Below, piece after piece: positions 10,101 through 18,163 of a DNA stretch of 44,768 nucleotides (its first letter is position 1; every line of letters begins with the position of its first letter). Source of the stretch: Candidatus Nomurabacteria bacterium (GTDB lineage Bacteria > Patescibacteriota > Minisyncoccia > Phycocordibacterales > UBA9973); contig JAHFNT010000003.1 in NCBI GenBank assembly GCA_023267195.1, positions 77,200 to 121,967 of the forward strand, given 5' to 3'. The notes below the pieces were generated by a model. It saw only the letters and a program-made list of their open reading frames with translations. It did no database searches and was not told the origin of the DNA. A program made the position numbers and the translations under genes.

Positions 10101-10413
10101 CAGTAGTGGAACATTTATTGGGACTGGGCGAGAGCAATTTACCTTTAGAAATCAAGCAGCCTCATATTTCTATCCGAATACGACAGATCCGATCACCGGT
10201 GAACAATATGCCGCCGGCACTAATGGATATACAAACTTACCGATGGTCAATGCGCAATATGTCTACGGCGACATCACTACTACTGGCGTGGCCAGCTGGG
10301 GAATAGGTTTGGGTTCTTCCAAAGATGAAAGAATAAGCATAGACATAGATTGCAACACCGTCTTCAAAGCCAACAGGACAGACTACACCCATGCAGGAGA
10401 TCCGAGTTTTTAA
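7129..10413 (+). CDS. Large secreted/surface protein (1094 aa) of the T4SS-like cluster
   Basis: Signal/TM N-terminus, three GTC..C Cys modules, coiled coil, Gly-zipper IIGGLTGGLVGSILGGLFG, S/G/T-rich tail. Confidence 0.8.
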   Translation: MIFKNKKIQKIISSLLVIAVLAPSLVFFVAPKKVNASGTPVLDFLGNALKYVGNLFTHSTAVSSATTASYAAKEWYELILEQVLQAVARKALQEITKSTVNWINSGFHGSPLFLENSDSFFQDIVKSEIKSLVNEFGYDSSRFPFGKDFSLNTIMSYKRTLDDNAVYTLSKVTNDPALLRAYQNNFNVGGWNAFLLNTQYPQNNYLGFKMLAEQELARRISASPGAKNAITKVKEALQQGNGFLSPQTCPSNPAYNNGYNEFNKPSFKPSADYNPPHPYPADDTIGFTAKEIAENALYDQTWQAGVAIEKTKFEAKNTCPKGLVATTPGAVVSNQITNALGSQLRQSELGAALGNSLSQIFDALLNKLLDEGLNALASKTNPDPEPDNWSYGGLRLDGSDGTSDDPFAGFDEIVSLKQFRKLLDGYFIGTCSNIKDSNGNDLADQENVPKEQCESQSITGYSFGTCSGIKVNGIQYPDQEGIPRTTCDAIPGATWTKVGTIYPNTTTWTRNSPPLQDYIPGDIANTEEEIALLDNGQLTSGSASSVNPNSIGTCTGEDQIGSYTAQTTQSDCTAIGGVWTPTYSSSSSGLASSSGNANLGILQLVKLILEKTITLDQCIPGPDKGWEDRLKAEQSRVGKRLTDDMSDDDPLKVKASNDIMRELKFAVDSFKDWISFAMIGKPAPKLPNLSLPNSVIYIDEVKKIDDLPQQSKEVTDTVRVKRQTLARLEALKANLETISDNIKPLEEPTPKTAYENQLISLWKQYKALRASISSTNSIENTRNQRTVLEEWSNKLEEPVDPNDSSKGTKGLIPECLTERTTMGWDAPDPTGKGNSKLTTLTTPQQIIKIYAVLSTREGNSTASIIGGLTGGLVGSILGGLFGTETIEDRIAEIEYPLKGTENEQFCGLPIINGYSHGEVIRQDSSNELITTNGAVSGGAPVPCDSGLDNTSPTDPVSNSADSSASGSGGTRQTGFCGSIGVDPTGTGTSGGSSGTFIGTGREQFTFRNQAASYFYPNTTDPITGEQYAAGTNGYTNLPMVNAQYVYGDITTTGVASWGIGLGSSKDERISIDIDCNTVFKANRTDYTHAGDPSF

Positions 10414-10424
10414 AATTTAGAAAA

Positions 10425-12836
10425 ATGAAAAAAATAGGATTATACATTCTAATACTCATAGCTCTAGTTGGAATATTCGTTCCAAATGAAAAAGCGCGGG
10501 CACAGAGCCCGGATGGACAAGGCACGTGTTTTGATTCTGACGATAAGCCAACCACTCTCAATCAAGCACAATGTGGATTAAATTCTGGAACATTAACTAA
10601 AAAGGCTTACTACTGGGTACCAACAGGTTCAAGCACCCCATCAAACCCTCTCTCTGCTTATGACCAATGCGTAAAAGATAAAGGTAGTGCAGCAAGTTGC
10701 CAAGGTTTATCGGGGGCACCAAAAACTGATCCTAATAAATCAGCATTTGAACAAGAAGTTGAATCAAATATTTGTTCAATGAATCCGTTAAGTAGTGGCA
10801 GTTTCTGGCCTGGTTGTTTTATACAAGGTTTTTATGCCATTTTCTATGTTATTCCTGGCTGGATATTGTGGGTAGCGGCATACTTCTTTAATGTTTTAAT
10901 ATCCATAACATTGAGTAGTACTTTCTTCAAGATGGGCTTCGTTTCTGAAGCCTGGGGAATTGTGAGAGATATTTCAAATATCTTTTTCATTCTGATTCTC
11001 CTGTATGTAGCCATAAAAATTATTTTGGATTTAGGAGGACACGAAGCGAAAAAAATGATTGCCAACGTAATAATTATTGCGCTCTTAATAAACTTCTCGA
11101 TGTTTTTCACCCAAATTATTATTGACTCTGCAAACATAGTAGCACTTGTCTTTTATAACAAAGTGCAAGTTTCCACAAAAGACGCCCAAGGAAAGGAAAG
11201 GCCGTATCAAAACACAGGAAGCGGAGAAAAGGATGTCGCGGGCGGATTAGTAAACGCTTTTAACCCTACCAAATTAATAACTGAAAATTATTTAAATCAA
11301 GCTAAAACAACAACAGTAGATGTAAACGGGGTAGAAACAACTGTTCCTGCCACCAGAGTTTCGCCAGGAATATTAATTGGGATGCTTCTTATCACTGGAG
11401 TACTAATGCTTTTTGCAGCTTATTGCCTTATTGTTGTTGGCTTAAGCTTTTTAGGAAGAATGATCGAACTTTTTGTTTTGATTATTTTCTCGCCCTTTGC
11501 CTTTATGTCTTTTACGGTACCTAAATTAGCGGGCGCTGACTATATAGGGTGGAATAGTTGGTTTGATCGGCTAATTCAAGTGTCGTTTATGGCGCCGATT
11601 TTTATGTTCTTTTTATATTTTATATTTAAATTGGTTCATGCGGACATATTTGGTGGTCTAAAAAGTGGAACGACTTCAAGGATGATAGAGTCAATATTAA
11701 TGATAGTGCTTCCAGCTTTGTTGATTTTAATTTTACTTCTCAAGGCTACAGAATTTGCGAAAAAGGGATCTGGAAAATTTGGAGAGATGGTGACAACCGG
11801 TGCCAAAATTGCTGGCGGACTGGCTGTGGGTGTAGCCGCCGGGGGAACAGCTCTAGTTGGCAGAGCTGCAATAGGGGGGACAACAGCTGCCCTTTCAAGG
11901 AGAGAGGGTGCAATGGCTCACGGAGAATATCTAAGGAATCTTGGTAAATGGAAACATGGACCAAAAACAACACCTCCTCCTATTGCTCCAAGAGCAAATA
12001 TACTTGACAGGTTGGGTGGTAGAATTAATGCAAGCCAACTTAAATCAGGTGATATATCCCATGCTAGACATGAAATAGATGAGCTTAAAAAGAAAGCTGG
12101 GGTTGAAGGACTTTCAGACAAGCAGCTTTCTGGTGTAGATAAGAAAAACATGGAAATCTCTTTTGTTAAAGAAAAGAGATCTGAGGTTGAATCTGAAATA
12201 CGTAAAGGATATGACGCAAAGGGAAGAGAGGTTAAAATTAATGAAGATGATGCAAAAGATGCTGCGGGTAGATATTACACAGACGCAAATGGTAATAGAA
12301 TAAATGCTACTGGTGAAAATGATTATAAGGCTCAGAGACGACAAAAGCTTGTAGACGATTTGAAGGCTACACCTAGGGCTGGAGATTTGGACTCTTCTGG
12401 TGAACTTTCTGATCAAGGAAGAAAGAAGGTCGAAGATAAGTTGGGACAAGAATTTAATGAAATATTGAGAAAAGCGGCCCAAAGAATTGGTAGGGAAAGA
12501 TATCGAGAACTAGAACATGAAGCCAAGGAAAAGGTTGGGGTTGGTAACCGATTAATAGCAAGAAGTACCAGTGGTTCATACGATCCTAGAAATCTTGCAA
12601 ATATCAAAGCAGACAGAAGGGAAGGGTTGGGATTAAGATTTGGTACAGCATTAATTGCCGCAGTAGCTATGGGGATAAGACTTGGATTCAAAGAGGTGCC
12701 TAGCGCAGACCCAAAAAGGGACTTCTTGACCGAGATGAGGGATATATTAGGAAACGCCATGAAGATAAAACTTGAAGTGAAGAGTGGTGGTTCACATGAT
12801 GAAAGTCATAAAACTAGTGGTGGCGGACATCATTAA
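10425..12836 (+). CDS. VirB6/TrbL-like polytopic membrane protein with long C-terminal tail
   Basis: ATG at 10425 gives signal peptide MKKIGLYILIL; WGIVRDISNIFFILILL, LLINFS, R..ELFVLIIFSPFAF; multiple TMs; lies upstream of PrgI/VirB4. Confidence 0.7.
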   Translation: MKKIGLYILILIALVGIFVPNEKARAQSPDGQGTCFDSDDKPTTLNQAQCGLNSGTLTKKAYYWVPTGSSTPSNPLSAYDQCVKDKGSAASCQGLSGAPKTDPNKSAFEQEVESNICSMNPLSSGSFWPGCFIQGFYAIFYVIPGWILWVAAYFFNVLISITLSSTFFKMGFVSEAWGIVRDISNIFFILILLYVAIKIILDLGGHEAKKMIANVIIIALLINFSMFFTQIIIDSANIVALVFYNKVQVSTKDAQGKERPYQNTGSGEKDVAGGLVNAFNPTKLITENYLNQAKTTTVDVNGVETTVPATRVSPGILIGMLLITGVLMLFAAYCLIVVGLSFLGRMIELFVLIIFSPFAFMSFTVPKLAGADYIGWNSWFDRLIQVSFMAPIFMFFLYFIFKLVHADIFGGLKSGTTSRMIESILMIVLPALLILILLLKATEFAKKGSGKFGEMVTTGAKIAGGLAVGVAAGGTALVGRAAIGGTTAALSRREGAMAHGEYLRNLGKWKHGPKTTPPPIAPRANILDRLGGRINASQLKSGDISHARHEIDELKKKAGVEGLSDKQLSGVDKKNMEISFVKEKRSEVESEIRKGYDAKGREVKINEDDAKDAAGRYYTDANGNRINATGENDYKAQRRQKLVDDLKATPRAGDLDSSGELSDQGRKKVEDKLGQEFNEILRKAAQRIGRERYRELEHEAKEKVGVGNRLIARSTSGSYDPRNLANIKADRREGLGLRFGTALIAAVAMGIRLGFKEVPSADPKRDFLTEMRDILGNAMKIKLEVKSGGSHDESHKTSGGGHH

Positions 12837-12868
12837 TCCGAGTAGTAGAGCAAAGCTCACTACGGGAT
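12836..12868. repeat. Intergenic hairpin (REP-like or terminator)
   Basis: atccgagtagt-agagcaaagctc-actacgggat immediately after the stop codon; no U-tract. Confidence 0.6.
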
Positions 12869-12881
12869 AAGAATAAAATTT

Positions 12882-13970
12882 ATGGACAAAGAAGAATTAC
12901 AAAAAAATATAGCGCTGTATTATTCGAAACTTCCACCAAAACTGCAAGAAATGTTTTCTGGTATGAGCTGGCTTGAAACATTGAAGACAATAAGTTCAAA
13001 ATATAATTTAACCGAAGACCAAATTCAAACCCTCGGCACTGAAACAACTCTGGTTTTGCTAGGCATAATTCACCCAGATGAATACGAAAAAAAGTTGAGA
13101 GCTGAGATAGTGTTATCAAAAGATTCCATAGATAAAATGCTGTTGGAAATAAACAGCTCTGTGTTGGCTGCTATTCGCCCAAGTCTTACTGAAACATTTA
13201 GTAAAAATACTATTCCTCAAACACCGGAGGAACAAGAAATAGGTCAGGAATTGGATGCACGTCTTGAGAAATTGCCAGAAAATATCAAAGACATTATCAG
13301 CCAATCAAACTACCAAACAGCCCTGTATGGCATTGCAAAAGATTACAAACTCAATGTAATACAAATGGGCATATTGGAAACAAAAGTTATTGACCTGGTT
13401 CTGGGCAATTTACATCCAGATGAATTTGCAGATTCTTTGGAAACAGGCTTAGGGTTACCAAAAGAAAAAATTAGCATGCTTGTCAAAGACATCAATGAGA
13501 AAATATTTTTGAAGATTCGAGAATTGTTAAAATTGATGAACACTCCAGCTGGGGAGGAGCCGGTGGTGGAAGAAGAGGAATTTTCCCCCCTCCTTGTGGA
13601 GGAGGGGGCAGGGGGTGGTGATAGCTCTAGAACACCACCTCGCCCTTCGGGCACTCCTCCTCAGAAAGGAGGAGAAAAAAATAAAACCACAGAAATACTT
13701 AACAAGGCTGGGATTAGTTTAGTTGAACTGCCTGCTGGCATAAATCAAAACGATGTGAAGCCAACAGAAAAAAGGGAAGATATCTTGGCAAAAATAGAAA
13801 AGCCGGAGCTTCACCCAATCCTCGCACAAAAATTGTCTGGCTTTTCTAAAAATCCAGTCGTGGAAACGGATCATTCGTTGCACAACCTTTCTTCCAATAA
13901 AACAGTTCCCACTGCCCCAGAAGTAAATAAAATACCAAAAGTTGATCCATACCGGGAAATTCCTGAATAA
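12882..13970 (+). CDS. Cytoplasmic hypothetical protein with a tandemly duplicated helical domain and C-terminal DPYRE motif
   Basis: KLPPKLQE...LVLLGIIHPDEY...EINSSVL repeated as KLPENIKD...LVLGNLHPDEF...DINEKIF; ends VDPYREIPE. Confidence 0.8.
   Translation: MDKEELQKNIALYYSKLPPKLQEMFSGMSWLETLKTISSKYNLTEDQIQTLGTETTLVLLGIIHPDEYEKKLRAEIVLSKDSIDKMLLEINSSVLAAIRPSLTETFSKNTIPQTPEEQEIGQELDARLEKLPENIKDIISQSNYQTALYGIAKDYKLNVIQMGILETKVIDLVLGNLHPDEFADSLETGLGLPKEKISMLVKDINEKIFLKIRELLKLMNTPAGEEPVVEEEEFSPLLVEEGAGGGDSSRTPPRPSGTPPQKGGEKNKTTEILNKAGISLVELPAGINQNDVKPTEKREDILAKIEKPELHPILAQKLSGFSKNPVVETDHSLHNLSSNKTVPTAPEVNKIPKVDPYREIPE
13581..13678. repeat. Head-to-head doublet of family A REP-like palindromes, in frame in 12882..13970
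   Basis: cccctcctt-gtgg-aggagggg; ggtggtg...caccacc; gccc-ttcg-ggc; ctcctcct-cagaa-aggaggag. Confidence 0.85.
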
Positions 13971-14034
13971 GTGCTAGGCTCTAAATAAAATATGTATTAT
14001 AATTAGGCTAAGCTAAAAATCATCACGCCTATTT

Positions 14035-14472
14035 ATGCAATTCAAGGTTCCACAATTTTTGGATATAGAAGATAAAATTTTCGGCCCTTTTACTTTCAGG
14101 GAATTTGTTTATTTGGCCGGCGGCGCAGGTCTGTGTTTTGTTTTATATAGATTGCTTGGATTGGTGCTTGGCGCAATACCTATCTTGCTAGTTGGAGGGT
14201 TTTCTATTGCTCTTATTTATTATCGACCCAACAATAAACCTTTCATCAACATGCTCGAGGCGGGATTCAAATATTTTACCCAAAATAGGCTTTACATCTG
14301 GAAAAGAAATTTGAATAAAATTGGAAGCGAACGATTGCGCCTGGCACGGGAAAACAAAAATGAGGTAATGAAAGAATTCGGCTCCAGATTAGACAGTAGC
14401 AAGCTGCGAGACTTGGCTTGGAGCTTGGATGTATTAGATTTGAGCAAGCAAAAGTCAGCTGATAGCTTATAG
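14035..14472 (+). CDS. PrgI-family (VirB3-like) membrane protein
   Basis: MQFKVPQFLDIEDKIFGPFTFREF, two TMs, RPNNKPF; upstream of VirB4. Confidence 0.85.
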   Translation: MQFKVPQFLDIEDKIFGPFTFREFVYLAGGAGLCFVLYRLLGLVLGAIPILLVGGFSIALIYYRPNNKPFINMLEAGFKYFTQNRLYIWKRNLNKIGSERLRLARENKNEVMKEFGSRLDSSKLRDLAWSLDVLDLSKQKSADSL

Positions 14473-14542
14473 CTAATTAGAATGAATAAAATTATTAAAA
14501 AAATATAAAATTTATAAGCTAACACCTAAAAGCTATAACCTA
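14456..14542. repeat. Inverted heptamer arrays around an AT-rich spacer
   Basis: cagctga tagctta tagctaa (14456-14476) ... taagcta acaccta aaagcta taaccta (14515-14542). Confidence 0.75.
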
Positions 14543-14548
14543 ACCAAA

Positions 14549-15187
14549 ATGGCCTTAAACGCAAAAGCAACACAAGAATTCATACCGATAAAAGAAGTCC
14601 GCGACGGAGTAGTCGTACTAAAAGACGGCGACTTGCGGGCAATCGTACTTGCCAATTCAGTCAACCTGTCTTTGAAATCTTCTGATGAACAGAAAGCTAC
14701 AATTCTACAATTCCAAAATTTTCTAAATACTTTGGATTTTTCCGTGCAAATATCGGTGCAATCGAGAAGACTCGACATCCGGCCATATCTTCTCTTGCTA
14801 GAAAACAGAATCAAGGTGCAAAGCGAACCTCTATTAAAACTACAAACAAAAGAATATATAGAATTTATTAAAAATTTTACCGAATCGGTCGCCATCATGA
14901 CCAAAAGCTTCTTTGTGATAGTGCCTTACACCCACACCGCACTGAAATCAGATTCCGGGGTATTGAGTAGATTGTTTTCTAGAAGAAACAAAGAAGAAGA
15001 GCGCGCGGCCAAGCAGGTAGACTTTGAAGAAAAGAGGTCACAACTTGAAGAAAGAGTGGCGGTCATCCAGCAGGGTTTGTCTCGTTGTGGCATAAATTCG
15101 GCGCAACTTGGTACAGAAGAAGTGGTAGAGGTATTTTATAAAGTTTTCAATCCAGGAGAAGTGGAGGGAAAGATTAAAATCAGCTGA
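14549..15187 (+). CDS. VirB4-associated T4SS protein (TraC/TrsD-like)
   Basis: ATQEFIPIKEVRDGVVVLKDG, SVNLSLKS.DEQ, FLNTLDFSVQI; lies between PrgI and VirB4. Confidence 0.7.
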   Translation: MALNAKATQEFIPIKEVRDGVVVLKDGDLRAIVLANSVNLSLKSSDEQKATILQFQNFLNTLDFSVQISVQSRRLDIRPYLLLLENRIKVQSEPLLKLQTKEYIEFIKNFTESVAIMTKSFFVIVPYTHTALKSDSGVLSRLFSRRNKEEERAAKQVDFEEKRSQLEERVAVIQQGLSRCGINSAQLGTEEVVEVFYKVFNPGEVEGKIKIS

Positions 15188-15258
15188 TAGCTTATAGGTT
15201 TTAGGTTGTAGAAAATGTTACAATAATCTTTAAGGTATAAGCTATGAGCTAAAAGCTA
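15181..15258. repeat. Inverted heptamer arrays upstream of virB4
   Basis: cagctga tagctta taggttt taggttg (15181-15208) ... taaggta taagcta tgagcta aaagcta (15231-15258). Confidence 0.75.
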
Positions 15259-15261
15259 TTT

Positions 15262-17121
15262 ATGGACTTTTTTAAAAAATTATTTGGAAAGGAGGGAGAA
15301 AAGGACAACGTAGAGGCGCAAGCGTCTACCTTAGCTGTTTTGCCGGAGGAAATTTATGAGTCTGCTACCCTGGAACTCCAAGACGTGATCGCCCCGTCCG
15401 CCTTAAAAATCGGCCCCAAATCAATAAATTTGGGTGAAAAAATAGCCCAAACCTTTTTCATCATATCTTACCCGAGATTTTTAAGCGATAATTGGTTTTC
15501 TCCCATCATCAATCTGGATAAGGTTTTTGATATTTCAATTTTTATTCATCCAATAGATACTTCGCTCATGCTCAGACAGTTTCAGAAAAAGGTAGCCGAA
15601 GTACAGAGCCAAATAAGCGTACGGGAACAGAAGGGGATGGTACGCGACCCGATGCTCGATACCGCTTATCAAGATTTAGAAGGTCTCCGCGACAACCTGA
15701 TGCAAGCCCAGGAAAAAATGTTTGATGTGGGTATCTATATTACCATCTATGCAGACAATGAATTTGACTTGTTTAAAATTGAAAACGAAATTAAATCAAT
15801 GTTGGAATCTAAGCTCATCTATATCAAGCCGGCGCTTTTCCAACAAGAGGATGGTTTTAAGAGTGTACTGCCCATAGACACAGATATTTTAAATGTGAAC
15901 CAAAAATTAAACTCGGAACCTTTATCCAGCGTTTTTCCTTTCATCTCTTTTGACCTGACTTCTGATAGAGGAATACTCTACGGCATCAATAGGCACAATT
16001 CAAGTTTGGTTATCTTTGATAGATTTTCTCTGGAAAATTATAATTCAGTAACCTTTGCCAAGTCTGGTTCCGGAAAATCCTATGCGACAAAATTGGAAAT
16101 TTTAAGGTCGCTGATGTTTGATACCGATGTTATCGTCATCGATCCAGAAAGAGAGTATGAATTTCTTTCGGACGCTGTCGGGGGGAGATATTTCAGCATT
16201 TCTCTTTCTTCTGATCACCATATCAATCCTTTTGATCTGCCAATACCGCACGAAGGGGAAACCGCCGAAGATGTGCTACGTTCAAATATAATAAATTTGG
16301 TAGGACTTTTTAGGTTGATGTTAGGTGGACTCACCCCCGAAGAAGATTCTCTAGTAGATAGAGCCATTTCAGAAACTTATGCCATCAAAGACATCACGCC
16401 TGAATCTGATTTTTCAAATATTGAACCGCCGCTTCTCTCTGATTTTGAAATGGTGCTCTCGGGCATGGATGGTAGCGACTCTATCGTGCAAAGATTAGTG
16501 AAATACACGCGAGGCTCTTGGGCGACATTTTTAAATAGGCCATCCAATGTCGATATCAACAAAAAGTTCGTGGTATTTTCCGTCCGCGACATGGAAGACG
16601 AACTAAAACCAGTCGCCATGTATATCATCATGCATTATATTTGGAATACGATAAGGAAAAATTTGAAGAAACGCTTGCTCGTGGTGGATGAAGCCTGGTG
16701 GATGATGAAATCCGAAGACACCGCCTCGTTTTTATATTCTATTGCTAAGCGAGGCAGAAAATATTATTTAGGACTTTCCACCATCACCCAAGACGCAGCC
16801 GACTTCATGAAATCCCCATACGGCGTGCCCATAATTACCAACTCCTCAATCCAGCTTCTACTAAAACAGTCGCCGACCACTATCGATCTTTTGCAAAAAA
16901 CTTTCAACCTCACCGACGAAGAAAAATATTTACTTTTGGAGTCTGGCTTGGGAGAGGGAATATTCTTCGCTGGATTGAAGCATGTCGCCATTAAAATAGT
17001 TTCTTCTTACACCGAAGACCAGATTATTACCTCTGACCCATCGCAAATACTCTCCAACAGGAAAGCCAAGGAGGAACAAGAAAATGCAAACCTCACCCGA
17101 CCTTCGGCCACCCTCTCCTGA
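15262..17121 (+). CDS. virB4: VirB4-like T4SS ATPase
   Basis: Walker A AKSGSGKS, VIDPEREY, INPFD, Walker B VVDEAW, KRGRKY, ITQD. Confidence 0.9.
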   Translation: MDFFKKLFGKEGEKDNVEAQASTLAVLPEEIYESATLELQDVIAPSALKIGPKSINLGEKIAQTFFIISYPRFLSDNWFSPIINLDKVFDISIFIHPIDTSLMLRQFQKKVAEVQSQISVREQKGMVRDPMLDTAYQDLEGLRDNLMQAQEKMFDVGIYITIYADNEFDLFKIENEIKSMLESKLIYIKPALFQQEDGFKSVLPIDTDILNVNQKLNSEPLSSVFPFISFDLTSDRGILYGINRHNSSLVIFDRFSLENYNSVTFAKSGSGKSYATKLEILRSLMFDTDVIVIDPEREYEFLSDAVGGRYFSISLSSDHHINPFDLPIPHEGETAEDVLRSNIINLVGLFRLMLGGLTPEEDSLVDRAISETYAIKDITPESDFSNIEPPLLSDFEMVLSGMDGSDSIVQRLVKYTRGSWATFLNRPSNVDINKKFVVFSVRDMEDELKPVAMYIIMHYIWNTIRKNLKKRLLVVDEAWWMMKSEDTASFLYSIAKRGRKYYLGLSTITQDAADFMKSPYGVPIITNSSIQLLLKQSPTTIDLLQKTFNLTDEEKYLLLESGLGEGIFFAGLKHVAIKIVSSYTEDQIITSDPSQILSNRKAKEEQENANLTRPSATLS

Positions 17122-17146
17122 CGGGAGAGGGGCTGGGGGTGAGGTT
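17089..17146. repeat. Family A REP-like palindrome overlapping the virB4 3' end
   Basis: aacctcaccc...gggtgaggtt stem; the TGA stop lies in the ctctcc-tgac-gggagag hairpin; reverse orientation relative to the rsmA copy. Confidence 0.9.
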
Positions 17147-17184
17147 AGCTTTAGAAAATAATGTAATTGGGGTATAATTAGATC

Positions 17185-18162
17185 ATGAGGTTTAGATTTT
17201 TGTATTTAATAATATTTATTTTTTCTGTAATAATTTTTCCTTTTAAGGTGAGTGCTGTATCCTCTAGCAGTATTTCAGTCAATGTGGTTCCAGAAAATCC
17301 AGCTCCGAATGAAAATGTGACCATTACCTTGAATAGCTATGGGAGCAACTTGGACAGCGTATTAATATCGTGGATTGTGGATGGGAAAAATGCACTTTCT
17401 GGAATTGGAAAAAAGTCTTTTTCTTTTAGAGCTGGGGAGGCCGGGGAAGCCACCAATGTTACCGCCACAGTATTTTTGCCGGATGGATCAATAGACAAGA
17501 GAATATTGATTCGGCCCGCCGTAATGACCCTCCTGTGGCAGGCAAATGATTCTTATGTCCCACCGTTTTATCGTGGCAAGGCCTTGCCAACGCCAGACAG
17601 TGAAATAAAAGTGGTCGCTATGCCAGAAATAAAAAGCGGCGCAACGCTGGTAGACCCGCGCAACATGACTTATGCCTGGAAGAAAGATTATACCAACAAC
17701 GTGGACGGCTCGGGTTATGGTAAAAATTCTTTCGTTTACGTAAATGATTATCTAGAAGATGGAAATAATATCAGCGTGGTGGTCTCCACTGTTGACCAAG
17801 AACATTCCTCGCAGGCAAGCATAGACATAGGAACGACAGAGCCGAAGCTGGTGTTCTATAAAAGCTATCCGGACCTGGGAACGCTTTGGGACAGAGCGCT
17901 CGAAGATGGCCATATAATCAATGGAGCTGAAATAATAGAGGCGGCGCCATATTTCATCTCCCCGAAAGACATCCGTATACCGAGTTTGAACTTTGTTTGG
18001 TCCATTAACGACTCGCAAATTGCCGTACCGATTTTTAAGAAAAATATTCTGCCCCTCCAGGCGCAAACTGGAACTTCTGGAACGTCCAAAATTAAACTGG
18101 AAATAAATAACATCTACAAAATTTTTGAAACAGCCAATAAAGAAATCAACGTAAACTTTTAA
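17185..18162 (+). CDS. Secreted beta-rich (Ig/PKD-like) protein
   Basis: Signal peptide ending VSA; PENPAPNENVTITL, ISWIVDG, DSYVPPFYRGKALP. Confidence 0.75.
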   Translation: MRFRFLYLIIFIFSVIIFPFKVSAVSSSSISVNVVPENPAPNENVTITLNSYGSNLDSVLISWIVDGKNALSGIGKKSFSFRAGEAGEATNVTATVFLPDGSIDKRILIRPAVMTLLWQANDSYVPPFYRGKALPTPDSEIKVVAMPEIKSGATLVDPRNMTYAWKKDYTNNVDGSGYGKNSFVYVNDYLEDGNNISVVVSTVDQEHSSQASIDIGTTEPKLVFYKSYPDLGTLWDRALEDGHIINGAEIIEAAPYFISPKDIRIPSLNFVWSINDSQIAVPIFKKNILPLQAQTGTSGTSKIKLEINNIYKIFETANKEINVNF

Positions 18163-18163
18163 G

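Noticed and set aside
10350-10424. ORF-track N-terminal extension of the VirB6-like gene
   Set aside because: Overlaps the upstream gene; the ATG at 10425 gives a clean signal peptide.
5434-15258. Possible CRISPR array from the recurring AGCT repeats
   Set aside because: Units are 7 nt, degenerate and lack unique spacers; no cas genes in the window.
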